DNA of 64,000 nt. It comes from Octopus vulgaris. Its lineage: Eukaryota. The position numbers were made by a program, and so were the translations under genes. Every line of letters begins with the position of its first letter. The stretch's first letter is position 1. Positions 41,362-54,804 of this stretch are shown in pieces. The DNA lies in NCBI GenBank assembly GCA_951406725.2, contig OX597842.1, positions 5,952,001 through 6,016,000 on the forward strand, given 5' to 3'. The notes under the pieces were generated by a model. That model did not search any database and was not told the origin of the DNA. It saw only the letters and a list, made by a program, of their open reading frames with translations.

Positions 41362-41702
41362 CACTGGTTCTCAACCGGGGTCAAATGGCTTTCGAGGGTC
41401 CATATAAAATTTTGGGGGGGTCTATGAAACAAAATAGTAAATAGGGCATCCACAATAGTATTTTATGTGTCTCTGAAAATGTTTAGCTTCAGATGTTTGT
41501 ATTGCAAGAAACAGCAAGGTTTCTTTCTCAAACGTATCACATGGTTCAACAAGCGCAAGTTAATGTGTGAAAAACAAAATAGGAATTTTGAAAGAAGTGT
41601 CTATAAAACTAGTTTTTAAACATTGAATGACTCTGGGGGTCCACCGGAAAAGAATAGTAATCAAAGGGGTCCATAGATAAAAAAAATCGTTGAGAACCCC
41701 TG
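41362..41702 (+). mobile_element. hAT (Charlie-like) MITE inside the Penelope element
   Basis: gtctagag|cactggttctcaac ... gttgagaacccctg; same family as 27155 and 61032. Confidence 0.85.
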
Positions 41703-42902
41703 ATCTGAAGGGTCAATTTGAAAATGATCTCTGTAGCTGCCTGGTTGGACAGTGGCGTTATCACTCGGTATTTATACATAAACTTGTGTTCGTGTGTAGT
41801 CGTATGTGTGCGTGCGTGCGCGTCTTTATGTGCGTGTGTGCGAAGGTTAGGGTGAGTTGTATTACTGTGGTTAAAGTTAACTAATTGCTGATTCCCAAGT
41901 TTCTTATTGTTCAGACGTCGGATTATAGCACTAATGTTACTTGTGCTGGAGTAGGAAAATTTAATCGATTGGGTGTTGGAGGTTTTTCCAAGAGGACTAG
42001 ACTTAGGGAAATGTTTGTGATGTAGAGCAAAGAAGAGTTTGGGTGATCTGGTCTGAACATTAAGGGCAAAGTGAAGATGGAACCAGATAACGTCACGTGT
42101 CCTGGCCAGTTTATTCCGGTTTAGAGGGTTACCCGAGTGTAGCTGGGGGTATTGAAGTGCACACTGGTGTGGATTTCGATGGGCAGTGATGGATTTGGGA
42201 TTCAGGATCACAGGGTGGGTGGAGTTCCTCTTAGGTTTGCTCCTACGATAAAATTTAGGGAGATGAGGAAAGGTGGAATATGGGAGATATATCTGTGGTG
42301 CCAGGTTTAGTGCAGGAAGGATCGTTCCAAATAAGGATGTATTCAATCGAATTTTTATATCCGGCGCGTTGTGGGGCAGAATTATAATATTCAAGCATTT
42401 CTTTACTGGCGGATAGGGATGAGGTCCAATAAGATACGCTGTCCACGATGGAATTTAGGACAGATGGCGGAGGGTGATTGGAGGAAAAGTTAACATAGTA
42501 AAGTTTCTCACCGGGTTTATGGTAAGGGTAGAATGCGTTGTTTTGTAAATCTAGAGTGACATCTAGAAAATTAGCTGTTTTAATACTGTAACTGAAAGAG
42601 ATGCTAAGGCCAACGTTTTTTTGTTTTTTTTTAAATACCGATTCTTTTCCTAAGATGTTCTATTTCGCGGTTACTAAAGTTCTGGATCGCAAACAGGACG
42701 TCGTCTCTATACAGACTACCAGAAATATTATGGAATTAGCCCCGGAGACTATGAGTAGCTAGCGAGTACTCCTTGTTGAGTTATTATTTCCGAGGTTCTG
42801 CAAAATGGGAAACATATGTAGCCTGGATTTTACCTGCTTCATTCCCTCAATTTGTGTATGTATGTATATATATGCATGCATATATGTATGTATGTATGTA
42901 TG

Positions 42903-43187
42903 TGATCACGTGACCGACCAGACCATCAGATGTTGTTACACATCGCTGGTCACAATGTTTTAGCCTTCAAATGACGCCACCCCGCTGGCTAAGCGAGCAG
43001 GCCAACAGAAGAAAGAGTGGGAGAAAGAGTGGCGAAAGAGTACAGCAGGAATCACCACCCCTGCCGGAGCCTCGTGGAGCTTTTAGGTGTTTTCGCTCAA
43101 TAAACACACACAACGCCCGGTCTGGGAATCGAAACCGCGATCCTGCGACCGCGAGTCCGCTGCCCTAACCACTAGGCCATTGCGCCT

Positions 43188-43189
<2 letters not shown>
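42903..43189 (-). mobile_element. SINE family C
   Basis: Near-identical to 55572-55857(-). Confidence 0.85.
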
Positions 43190-43252
<63 letters not shown>

Positions 43253-43259
43253 TACATAC

Positions 43260-43328
<69 letters not shown>

Positions 43329-43428
43329 TGTATAAGAAATAAAAGCACACATATAGATATGGCAGAGTAAGCACATAAATGCGAAACAAGGTGGAAAATA
43401 TAGTACTTGAATACTAGAGGTAGAGTAA

Positions 43429-43593
43429 TATGCTTTATTAAAAAGCAGCAAAACAATCACAAACGCTGTTGCTCAGAGTTTCACGTTTCCGTTCGTCGGA
43501 CAGTTTTGTTTAGAATTCTAAACAAAACTGTCCGACGTGAAACTCTGAGTAACAGTTTTTGTGATATTTTTGCTCCTTTTTAATAAATACATA
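43429..43593. repeat. Palindrome of two back-to-back HHR-bearing pLTR ends
   Basis: Perfect 44-bp palindrome 43494-43537 centred on GAATTC; imperfect arms extend ~80 bp each side. Confidence 0.85.
43462..43507 (-). ncRNA. Type I hammerhead motif, CCGACGA core
   Basis: aaaactgt-CCGACGA-acg(gaaa)cgt-GAAA-ctc(t)gag-CA-acag. The plus-arm copy has a GTA triplet but lacks stem II. Confidence 0.65.
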
Positions 43594-43600
43594 TAGATAT

Positions 43601-44005
43601 AGGCGCAGGAGTGGCTGTGTGGTAAGTAGCTTGCTTACCAACCACATGGTTCCGGGTTCAGTCCCACTGCGTGGCATCTTGGGCAAGTGTCTTCTGCTAT
43701 AGCCCCGGGCCGACCAATGCCTTCTGAGTGGATTTGGTAGACGGAAACTGAAAGAAACCTGTCGTATATGTGTATATATATGTATATGTATATATGTGTG
43801 TGTGTGTGTCTGTGTTTTTCCCCCTAGCATTGCTTGACAACTGATGCTGGTGTGTTTACGTCCACGCCACTTAGCGGTTCGGCAAAAGAGACCGATAGAA
43901 TAAGTACTGGGCTTACAAAGAATAAGTCCCGGGGTCGATTCGCTAGACTAAAGGTGTTGCTCCAGCATGGCCGCAGTCAAATGACTGAAACAAGTAAAAG
44001 AGAGT

Positions 44006-44010
<5 letters not shown>
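43601..44010 (+). mobile_element. SINE family A, full length
   Basis: As for 19638-20032. Confidence 0.9.
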
Positions 44011-44046
<36 letters not shown>

Positions 44047-44391
44047 GAATATATACATATACGTATGTGTGCGTGCGTGCATGTGTGCGTGTGTGTATGT
44101 GATGACGCGTGGCCTAGTGGTTAGGGTGTTGGACTCGCGATCGCAAGATTGTGGTTTTGATTTCTGAACCAAGCAGTGCGTGTGTTCTTGAGCAAAATAC
44201 TTCATTTCACGTTACTCCAGTCCTCTCAGCTATAAATGGGTAAGCCTGCGACGGACTAGCACTCTGTTCGAGAGGAGTGTTGAGCTGCCTGTCTAGTCAG
44301 CTGCCAGCGGGGTGGCATAATTCAAGATCTACAAGGCGTGGAAGTGCACTGTGATCAGTACTGTAGAACATAGTCTGGTTGATACATGATA

Positions 44392-44442
<51 letters not shown>

Positions 44443-44648
44443 TGTGTATCCTGTATTATTTTTAAGGCAACGCAGCAATTATTTTCTCATAACTTTGTGT
44501 ATGTGTGTGCGCACGAACACACACACACATCTACACACATACACACATCTACACACATACACACATAAATAAGATTTCAACCAAAACCTGAACAATACTA
44601 GAGTACTTGTAAGGTACCTGCTTGGATTAAAAATCCTTATTCCATTAC

Positions 44649-44692
<44 letters not shown>

Positions 44693-44695
<3 letters not shown>

Positions 44696-47225
44696 TTGGA
44701 CAGTGCACGAGTGCGTGCAGAACGGTTTCGTCGCTCTGACCGCATCTCGGGTAGGTCGGCCCCGTGTTTATCGAACCATGTCTATAGAGCTTATCCCGAA
44801 CAGGTAGCGCTTCTCGATAGTACTGCCAGGCCAGGGATCTCTGGAAATTGTCCATAGGTCCCGGCCCGAAAGTCGTCTTGAATAGGCGGGTCAGGTATTC
44901 CTCGTCGACGCCCAGGTTCGTCCCGAGATTGTCGCCATACCTCCCCTCCACTAATCCCCTATAAAACGCTTTCGTAGTGATGCAGTCGCTTAAATTCGAC
45001 CCAGGACGGCAGAGTTGCTGAAGAGCAACGCGACACTCGCGGTGCCATTCGCCCTTCCTCGGCCTCTTTTTGATCCACGTTTGCAGCTTGGTCATGGACA
45101 CGAGTTGCGGGAAAGCACGCCGCACAAACGGCGACCACACCTGCTCACCGTCGTCTACGTAGAGCCGGAGAAATCGCAGTCTCAGCGCGTCTGCGCATCA
45201 TCAACTACGGCATGCCCAGCCCTCCTTTCAGCGGGTGTTGACAGCAAACGGATCGCCTGACCATCGGAACGTTTCCTTTCCACAAGAAGCGGAAGCGGAT
45301 GCGCTCTAGTTTAGTGACGGTGGGGTCGGGATAACGCATTGGGATAGAAGGATTTTAGTGTGTGGTGCAATGTTGGTGATATGTGATAAATTTTTATGTG
45401 TTCTGGTGGTGTTGTGTGTGGGTGGTTGTTCGTTTTAATGTCGTTTTCTGTAATGTTTGTGTTTGTGTTGATGTATTTCATCAACTCTGTGTTTTTGGTG
45501 TCTATGGCTGTGAGAATATTCTTTGTATATATTTTTGTGGCGTTGATATTGTTTGTGGTAGGGTTTGAGATGTCTTTGGGAGATGTATATCTTTCTGCTT
45601 TGTTTGCGTTTGTATTGGATTTGGTTCTTTTTTTTTTTTGCTCCTTTTCCTCCTTCCTTTTCTGGCTATTTGCCATTCCTCAGTGCTTTCGTCTTCCGAC
45701 GAAATTTCCGAGGAATCGGAAACGGGTAGGGGCATGTTGTAGGCTTCAATGTGTATTTGTGTAATTAGTTGTGTTGTTGTTTTCGTTGATGTTGGTTGTT
45801 GACTGCTTGTGTGTGGTGTGTGTGATGTGGGGGAAAAGGAATCAGTTTTTGTATTGTCTTTTGGTTTTACTCTTTCTTTTGTTCTTGCTGTTGTTGGTGT
45901 TTTTTCAGATGTTGTTGTATGTTCATTTGTTAGTGTTGGCGAGTTTGGTTTCGTACTCCCTTTGCTTGGCCTCTGTGCTGATGGTGGTGTGGGTAGTAGT
46001 GGTTCTTTTTTCTTTTGACTTTTTCCTTGTTGTGGTTGTTGTTCTTGTTCTGTTTTTTGTTGTTGTTTTTTTGCTGTTGGGCAATCATTTTTTAGGTGTT
46101 CCTCGCTGCCACACAAGTAACAGCGAGGCCTCCTACACTCTACCACCACGTAAAGGAAATTGCCGTCTGGCAGCTCAATTTGGTGGGGGATATTATTGAT
46201 TTAGTTTTGATCAATTTGCATCAACAACTGAACCATTTTCCCCGACCATTTCTTTTCCTCTAAGGTGGCAAATTCAAGAATATTTATATTCTCCTCTATT
46301 TTGTAGCAAACGGCTGACAACAGCCATTGTGATTCTATTTCTGGAGGGACATTTTTAATCGAAATTTTGGTCACGCGTTGACCAAGGTAGGTCAGAATTA
46401 AAATGAGTTTTTCCGACTGTAAGGTGAGCGTCGAAAGTTCTTTCGCTCTTTCTTCGCTGTCGAAGCGAACCTGTATCGTGGCATATTTGTTTCCCCAATT
46501 TAAATAATTTTTATAGGCCCATATTGGCCGTAAACATTTTTCGATCAGTTCTGGTTGTGCTTGTTCTGGTCTGCGTGTTTTTGCGTTTAAGACTTTGTAT
46601 ATTATTGTTTTCTTTTGTGTGTTGTCTATGATGTTTTGTGGTATATGTAAGCGTAGATGTGAACCATCTTCAGTTAACAGGACTTTTGTGTGTTTTATTT
46701 GTTCTGTTGTGAAGTGTAATATTGTCTTTTTTTGTTTTGATGCTTGTGCAAAATTGGGTTTGGTGGTAGTGTTGGTGGCAGAGGTGTCACTTGTAGTAGT
46801 GGTGTTGTTGTTGGCCGTTATCGTAGACGACAAAACGACGATATCGTTGTTGTTGTTGGTGGTGGTGGTGGTGACAGGACTGTTAACGAAAGTGGTTGCA
46901 GCGTTCACTTCCACGTCACTCAGGTTTGTCTTTGATGTCTTGCTGGTCATGTCTTCTATTAGAATGTGTGAGCGTGCAGGAGTTCTTTTCCTCTCCTAGC
47001 GTTTCAAGGCTAGGGAAATGCTGGTCCATGAAGGAATTTGACCAGCGTTCGACAATAAAATTTCTCGACATTAAAAATGTCGAGAAGAAAAATATACAAA
47101 TTAATTAGGGTTGAAACTTCCCCTAGGGGCGAATTCCTCCCTTGGAAAAACCCTCAAACGAAAGTTGGGTGCTTTACACACCTTATTTACAAAAATGTAC
47201 AGAAAATGAGGGCTATAAATAGTCA
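44693..47225 (-). mobile_element. L1/Tx1-type LINE: 5' UTR, ORF1 (zinc knuckle) and ORF2 C-terminal part, EN/RT missing
   Basis: ORF1 46201-46950 plus 45502-46149 (CYLCGSEEHLKNDCP, CCHC knuckle). ORF2 remnant ~44693-45350 (FLWKG..HPLKGGLG; ALPVRDKL..PRCGQSDETVLHALVHCP). Confidence 0.85.
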
Positions 47226-47269
47226 AAATAAACGATTACCTTCGGAGCCGATGTGACAACACGTCAGTC

Positions 47270-47336
<67 letters not shown>

Positions 47337-47340
47337 GGAC

Positions 47341-47395
<55 letters not shown>

Positions 47396-47420
47396 CGGAC
47401 GGACAGATAGATAGACAGAC

Positions 47421-47463
<43 letters not shown>

Positions 47464-47504
47464 TAGATAGATAGATAGATTGACAGACAGACAGACAGAC
47501 AGAC

Positions 47505-47560
<56 letters not shown>
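47270..47560. repeat. (GATA)n/(GACA)n microsatellite
   Basis: Direct inspection. Confidence 0.97.
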
Positions 47561-47561
<1 letters not shown>

Positions 47562-49074
47562 TGTGTCTGTTCGTATGCATGCGTATATATACATACTATA
47601 TATAAGTATATGTTCATGCATGTGTATATATGGGCGGGGGAGGTTTCTGATTTACTCTCTCACAACTTGACAATCGGTGTTGCTTTCTTTACGGCCTTGC
47701 TCATCCGCGGTTCTGATAGAATCGGCCTCACACATCAAAAATATATACTGGGGTTGAATAGACCGACCAAACTCCTTTGCCTCAGCATGGCCACAGTTCA
47801 GTGACGGAAACGTGTACAATAGTGAAAGAGAAATCGCTGTCCTGTACATTACAAAATCTATTTAGCCATCTTTCTTCCCATCATTCCTTTTTTTCTTCTT
47901 GTTATCGTCTGTTTCTCTTTCAAAATTTCCCTCATCTTTCCTTCTTTCTATCTTTCAACAATAATTTTCTCTATATCATCTGCTATTCTTCCAAAATTTC
48001 TCGCCCTACCCTCTTCTTAAACTCATCGTCTGCATTTCAGTTATTTTATTTTATTTTCTCTGCTTTTCTCTTCATTGTTTGGCCAGGTTCATATTCCTGT
48101 CTGCACATCGGCTCTTTTATTCTTTTCACCTTTTCCTTCTTATCGTCTGCTTCTAACAAATTGTCTACTTTTCTCACATCGTCTGCTCTTTTCATCTTTC
48201 AATAATTTTCTTCTCATCGTCGGCCTTTCTGTCCTTTTACTTCATACAGTCTATTTTTCTCTCCATCATTGTATCTTTTTTTGTTCTGACATCTGCCTGT
48301 TTTACTAATCTCTTTCTCCCTCTCTTTCTCTCCCTTTCTCTCTCTCTCCCTTTCTCCCTCTCCCTCCCGTTCTCTCCCCCTCTCTCTCTCTTACCGACTC
48401 TCCTGCACTTTTCTACCTCTTCTTATCGTGTATTTTTTGTCCAGTGTTTCTCTTTCATTTTAAACTGACCATTTGCCTTTCTTTAGGTCTATATATGTTT
48501 TTATTTATTTATCGTCTGCCTCTCTCAGATTTTTCGCTCTACATTTCATCTTTTACTCTTCTTTTTATCCTTCAATCATTTTCCTTTTATCGCCAATCTA
48601 TCTTTAAAATTTTCCATGTTTATTATATATATTTCTTTAAGTATCGTCTGCCATTCTTTCTGCTTTCGAACCAATGAGGTAGGCCAGATGAAGCCACTCC
48701 ACCTGCGAGAAATAACAGCTCCATTCATTCAAATCACTCCTGATCGCATTTTAAAAAATACATACCTCATTGAATAATGTAGTTATATATAGCCAATGGC
48801 GAGAAGCCTTTGTTCTTAGGTCTGCTCAATCAGAACTGATCTGGGACTTAACATAAACTTTCTAGCATCTTACTTTCAATCGCCTGCCTTTATTTCAAAT
48901 TTTCTCTCTCATTTGATACTCATCGCCTACATTTTTATCCATCGTTCTTTCATTTTATTGTCAGATTTTTGTAAATCTTCATTATATTTTTATTGTATAT
49001 CCTGCCCGTTTACCAATCTATCTTTCAATCATTTTCTTCATTTATATCTAAAATTTCTTTCTCACTTATTTCAA

Positions 49075-49480
49075 ACACCTCTCCGTTGGAACACTCCGTT
49101 CCTTGGGAAAACCGCATCGAGGAGGTAAACGGGACTAAGAGGAGGAAATATGCAGAGTTAATGGAGTTATACCAAAGCAATGGGTAGCAAGTAGGATGTG
49201 ATTCCATCGATGTGTGATGGAGAGAGTTTGCAGGCCGTTCATTGTGCGGAGGTTACGACATGCTTGGCATCACAAGGGTTGGCTGTGGAGGTAGCAGAAG
49301 TATCCTCAAAGTAGCTATGGATTAGGAGGTGTGAGCCATGAAAGAGCTAATTGGACACAACTTGGGGCTTGGATCGTTTGGATGAGGCTGTTTTATATTG
49401 AAAGACCAAAACACCTGATGACCCCAGGAGACATCACTGATGATTTGTCCAAGTGCCTCACAGGATGATGTATGAAAATA
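49075..49480 (+). mobile_element. Hero-like (R2 group) non-LTR retrotransposon 3' end
   Basis: LEHSVPWENRIEEVNGTKRRKYAELM..G..CDSIDV..FAGRSL..LGI, followed by a Hero-type 3' UTR (gaccccagga..catcactgatga..tgtcc). Confidence 0.75.
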
Positions 49481-51757
49481 AAATCTCATCGACTGACTTT
49501 ATATCTTATATACACTTCCTGTCTTTTTACATATGTATAGATCTGCTTTTCTTTCTACCGTTCTATCCGCCTGTCTTTCTCATTTTTTAGCTCACCAGCT
49601 GTCTTTCACAATTGTCAACATTTTCATCTTATCTGCTGCTTTTTAATGTTTCTGTCTCAATTTGAACTCACTTTTGTTTCCATCTTTCAGTATTCTTCTT
49701 ATCGTCTGCCTCTTTCAAATTTTCTCTCTATTCTGAATCATCCTCTTTTCTTTCCAGTTTTTAAAAATTATTTTCTTTTTATCGTCTGCCTTCTTTCACA
49801 CCATAGTTTACTCTCTCTCAAACTCTGTCTATCTGTCTCTCCCCCTCTCTCTCCCTCTCATCTCATCTCATTGACTGTCTTTCACGATTTTGATATTTTT
49901 CTTATCGTCTGCCTTTCGTTCAATATTTCCGTCTTATTGTAAAAACATCGTCTGTTTTACTTTTCATATTTCTGTGTTTTCTCCTTATCGTTTGCTTTCA
50001 ATTTTCGATCACTTCCTCACTCTCTCTCTTTCTCTCTCCCTCTCCCTCTTAAATCACTATTATTTATAAGCAACGAATTGGAAAAATCGTTAGAGCGTAG
50101 CACACAATGCCTTGCTGTATTTCTTCTGGTACTCTGCGATCTAAACCCCAATCCCGCTGTGATCTGTTTTGCCTTTTATCATTCCGGGTACCAGTTCAGG
50201 GCGGTTGAGGTTGAAAAAGTTGTGGGACAGGTCAAGATACCTTTAAGTATTTGCTCTGCCTCTTTATGCTCCAAGTCCACAGGTTGTAGACCGAATCCGC
50301 CAATCAGTTTAACATCCGCTGAACCTTGGATGCATTTAGCGAGGCTCGCTCTGTTGCATATATTTGGAGCATATCATCGGCTCCATTTCTTGGAAGCCTA
50401 AACATTTTGCCCTTCGAGTCCATTTTCTGCCATATTTCCTTTCGCACCAACCGTCTAATTTTGTTATAAATTACATGTTTTTAATTTTTTAACCATTTCA
50501 ACATCTTCTTATTCACTATACAAACAGCCACATGTATTCATAGCATGCATATCACCGGTGGCTCCTACGGTACAGAGCAACTATATTCATTCTGTACTGC
50601 GCTAGTCATCGGTAATGCAGATGTTAGGTGTTAAAATTTCCATTATATCTCCGTTTATGAATTTAAAAAAAATATTTATCTTTTAACTTGTTTCCGTCAT
50701 TAGACTGCGGCCGTGCTGGGGCACCGCCTTGAAGAATTTTTTAAAACCTTGTACTTATTCTATCGGTCTGTTATTGCCGGAGTGCTAAGTTACGGGGACC
50801 AACACCAGCTGTCAAGCAATGGGGGAGGGAACAAACACAGACACAAAACACACACACATATACTTATGTATACATACACACGACGGGCTTCTTTCAGTTT
50901 CTATCTACCAAATCCACTCACAAGGCTTTGGTCCGCCTGAAGCTTACAGAGGACACTTGCTCAAAGTGCCATGCATTGGATTGAACCCCGAACCAGTTGG
51001 TTGGGAAGCAAGCTTCTTACCACACAGCCACGGTTGCTTTTCCACAGATTATATTACACAAACCCTTATGATTTCTTTTTCACAAAAATTATTTTGAACT
51101 AGCACTCTAATGAGTGAGGTGTCAGTGACTTGCACATTCTTACCAGGTCCTAACTCATCTATTAATTCAAACCGAAAAACCATTCGAGAGATATAAAGAA
51201 ACGTGTTCTGTACATTCCTTTAAATTCGAACAATGTAGTTTGAACCATAGTAGTGGGTAACTCAAAAAAACAAAAAACAATAAAAAAAAGCATCACCACT
51301 GAGCATCACCAGACTCCCAAGGCATATTAAAAATATAATGTGGAGAGTCTCTGGTGACTCCCCCGTAAGGCAAAGTGCCGTTGAAAAACGGAGAATCATG
51401 GAAAATGGTCTCTAAATTTTTGGCTGTATGTATTCGTAAACATTTGCTTGTGTGCAAATTTTATGTTTCTTTGCAAAGCATTTGTACAATCATGCGAGTA
51501 AATTAATCATCACTCAAAATTCTTCACTCAAAAAATTCGATTTCATCATGGAAACTGTGCGTGCGTTTATAGTCTCCCGAATTATAAAACGTACCAGACT
51601 ACCTGTGACCGATTGGGTCATCAGGAAACTCTGAGTTTCCCAACAACGGAGTTTTGTTTCGTGGGTTTTTTTTCTTTTCCAAGTTATTTCGCATGCTTTC
51701 AACAAATGTGACATCGAAATCACGCGTAAACGGCTCCTTTCTCCAGAAAAGAAATGG

Positions 51758-51866
51758 TTTGGCTGCTATTTCTTGCACGCCCTGCTACCACGTAACAGCT
51801 ATTTCGGGTCCTTTATCACAAATAGCTGTTATGTGGTAGCAGAGTGTTCTAGAAATAGCAGCCAAA
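51758..51866. repeat. Long hairpin (~47-bp stem, 15-nt loop), pre-miRNA-like or MITE-derived
   Basis: tttggctgctatttct/agaaatagcagccaaa and ctgctaccacgtaacagctattt/aaatagctgttatgtggtagcag. Confidence 0.8.
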
Positions 51867-52112
51867 TCTTTGGAGGTGAGATACTTTGAAGCACTCGAAA
51901 AATACCTATGGAAAAAAAACTATTTCACACCGAGGTTACGAACAGGTCTTTTACGAAATAGTTACTGTATCTTTAAAGTCATTTTCATTTTAAAATATTT
52001 TTTAAATATGCCAAAAATATTTTTGTAATGGTATTCACTCGAAAATAATAATAAAAAACATCAAAATATTGTCTGTTTAAAGAAAGTTAAAATATGAATA
52101 CTGACTGTAACT

Positions 52113-52241
52113 GGCGAAGGTAAGATTACGCACACACGGTGTTTAGGGTTAGGGTTAGGTTTTAGGGTAAGGGTTAAGGGTTAGGGGTTAGGGTTACGGT
52201 TACGCTGAAAACGGGTGGTGTGCGTATTCTTTACCTCCGCC
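52113..52241. mobile_element. Short inverted-repeat element enclosing degenerate TTAGGG repeats
   Basis: ggcgaaggtaagattacgcacac / gtgtgcgtattctttacctccgcc flank the (TTAGGG)-like run at 52143-52196. Confidence 0.65.
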
Positions 52242-53136
52242 CAAACAACTTATATTTTTGATTGTGCTTAACAAAAGCGAAAATAGAAACATTTACTGTA
52301 AAAAAAATCGTATTTTTTCGTTGTCATATATCACTGTCTAATTGAAAGATAAAAGTTTCTTCCCTTCAGGATTAAGACTATTTTCGGAATATTTTCCCAT
52401 TGTGCACCGTTTTGGGTATTTATTCCACGAAGACCTCTGATATCTTTAAAACCACTTGTCCGATTTACGCGAAACTTGTTTTATCCCGTTCGTATTAACA
52501 TTTCAGGGTAGGCTTAATTCATAGTATTTTCCCATTATGCGCCAGTTCGGCTGGATAACATTGCAAGCAAGCAAGATTTAACCTGACTTTTAATGTATTA
52601 TAGATGCATGCACACAAGCATACAGCTTCGAGGGAACACTGATTGCCCCTCTTTAACTGACTAGACAGTAACAAATAAGTAAACAAACCTTCATGCACAT
52701 ATCACATTATCGTTCTTGAGGTGCACTTAATACTGTCTTCTAATGTATCTGTTACCTTGTCTTAAATTTTTATGCTTAAGGTACACGGCATGCCTGTTTT
52801 ACCCCGATTAATAAAATATAAGCGCTAAAGAAAAAATCCGAGCCCTTCCCACCTGACCCCCCGCATATTGTATCTGTAACCGCGAGTTCGATAAAAGATA
52901 CATAGAATTTATACATGCATATAGAAATGCCATCCATCCATACATACATACATTCGTGTGTGTGTGTGTGTATATACACATACATGCTTATGTATATATT
53001 TATGTGTATGTGTGTGTGAGTGTATATATCGTTTTTTTATCTTTTCCTTTTACTTGCTTCAGTCATTAGACTGCGGCCATACTGGGGCACCTTCTTCTTC
53101 TTCTTCTTCTTCTTCTTCTTCTTCTTCTCCTCCTTC

Positions 53137-53218
<82 letters not shown>

Positions 53219-53424
53219 AGCAGCGAGCCGGTAGAATCGTTAGCATGCTGGACGAAATGTATAGCGGTATTTAGCCAGTCGCTACGTTCCGAGTTCAAAT
53301 TCCGCCGAGGTCGACTTTGCCTTTCATCCTTTCGAGGTCGATAAAATAAGTCAGTTGAACACTGGGGTCGATGTAATCGACTCGTCCTCATCTCCTCCCA
53401 GCTGCTCTTGTGGCAACAATTTTA

Positions 53425-53511
<87 letters not shown>

Positions 53512-53514
53512 TTT

Positions 53515-54804
53515 TTTTTTCTTCTTTCAAATTTGCTTCCATTTCTTGCCGAGTGTCTTCCCGACTCCTAGGGCAAAGAAACTCATAGTATACATTGGTA
53601 GGCCATTAAACCAAACTCAATAGTTCGTTCATTTTTTTTTTTTTTAAGTTAAATTAAAATACATGAGCAGCAACAGTTCTCACATCGACAATGCTCTTCT
53701 CAATACGTGTGATGTACCAGTTAAGACAATCTTTTGCACTTCTTGCAGGGATGGTAAGCCAGGGATCATTCTCATATAATTTTCGGTTCCCTTCTTGATC
53801 ATTCCTAGTGCTCCTACGATCACTGGTATTGTAACCGCCTTGAGATGCCACATTTTCTCAATTTCAATGAGTAGGTCTTTATATTTTCTGAGCTTGTCAA
53901 ACTCTTTCGCTGAGATATTATGATCACAGGGGATGCTCATGTCGATCAATAAGCAAACTTTATTGTTTTGGTCTTTCACAACAATATCTGGTTTATTGGC
54001 CTTGATGGTTCGGTCTGTATGTACTGGAAAGTCCCACAGAATGGTTACATTTTCTCCTTCAGTTACAGCCTCAGGGTGGTGATTATACCACTTGTCGGCA
54101 GTTTTGATATTGTAATGCCGACTTATTAGCCAGTGTAGATATTGGCCAACTCTGTCATGTCTTAATTTATACTCCACAGGTGCTAAGACTTTACATCCAG
54201 AGATTAGGTGGTCCACTGTTTCAATCATGTCGTTGCAGAATCGGCATTTTGGGTCTGCTCCATTTTTCATCACATTGGCCTGGTAGTTCCGGGTTAATAG
54301 GCTTTGATCTTGAGCAGCCAGGATGAAACCTTCGCTCTCTGCTTTTAGCCCTGAGCTCCGTAGCCACTGATGGGTTTGCTTCTGGTCAACATCAGCTTGT
54401 TTGCTGCGGGTCACATATTTGCCGTGCAGAGGTGTCTCCTCCCACCTATCAGCCAATTGCTCGTGCGCTTTTTTCGTTGCCATCATTTTCACCTTCTTTG
54501 CAACAATAGTTGCCGTACTTCCCTCGGGTTGTTCAGTTTGGGTATCCTGCACGAGATCAATAGCAAATTTTTTGCTTTTCTTTATAATAGAATGAAGCTT
54601 CTTTCGTCTCGTGATTTTCCACGAGCTTTAGCATCCAGTCATTCGATATTTCGAGATATTTGGCCAGTCCAATTGTGGTTGTTTTGTAAGCTAGTTCAAA
54701 TTGGATCAAGCCTCGACCTCCTTGGGCTCTGGGAAGGTAAAGGCGATCTGCGTCTGCCTTTGGGTGGTGCATCCTATTACAACTCAGCAGCTTGCGTATT
54801 TTCC

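Larger units (their letters stand above)
39920..42620 (-). mobile_element. Degenerate Penelope-like element (RT C-term, GIY-YIG C-term, 3' region with HHR remnant)
   Basis: ORF 41609-42394: RDVIWF..NVQT..KHFPKSSPLGK..IKFSYS..NISAII..NNK. ~41150-41330 reads CKLCSENSLAI..LLNR. GAAAcagctgTC HHR half at 39987-40011. Confidence 0.8.

Noticed and set aside
42790-42826. GAAAcatatgTA half-hammerhead
   Set aside because: No recognisable CUGANGA core upstream; at best a highly decayed remnant.
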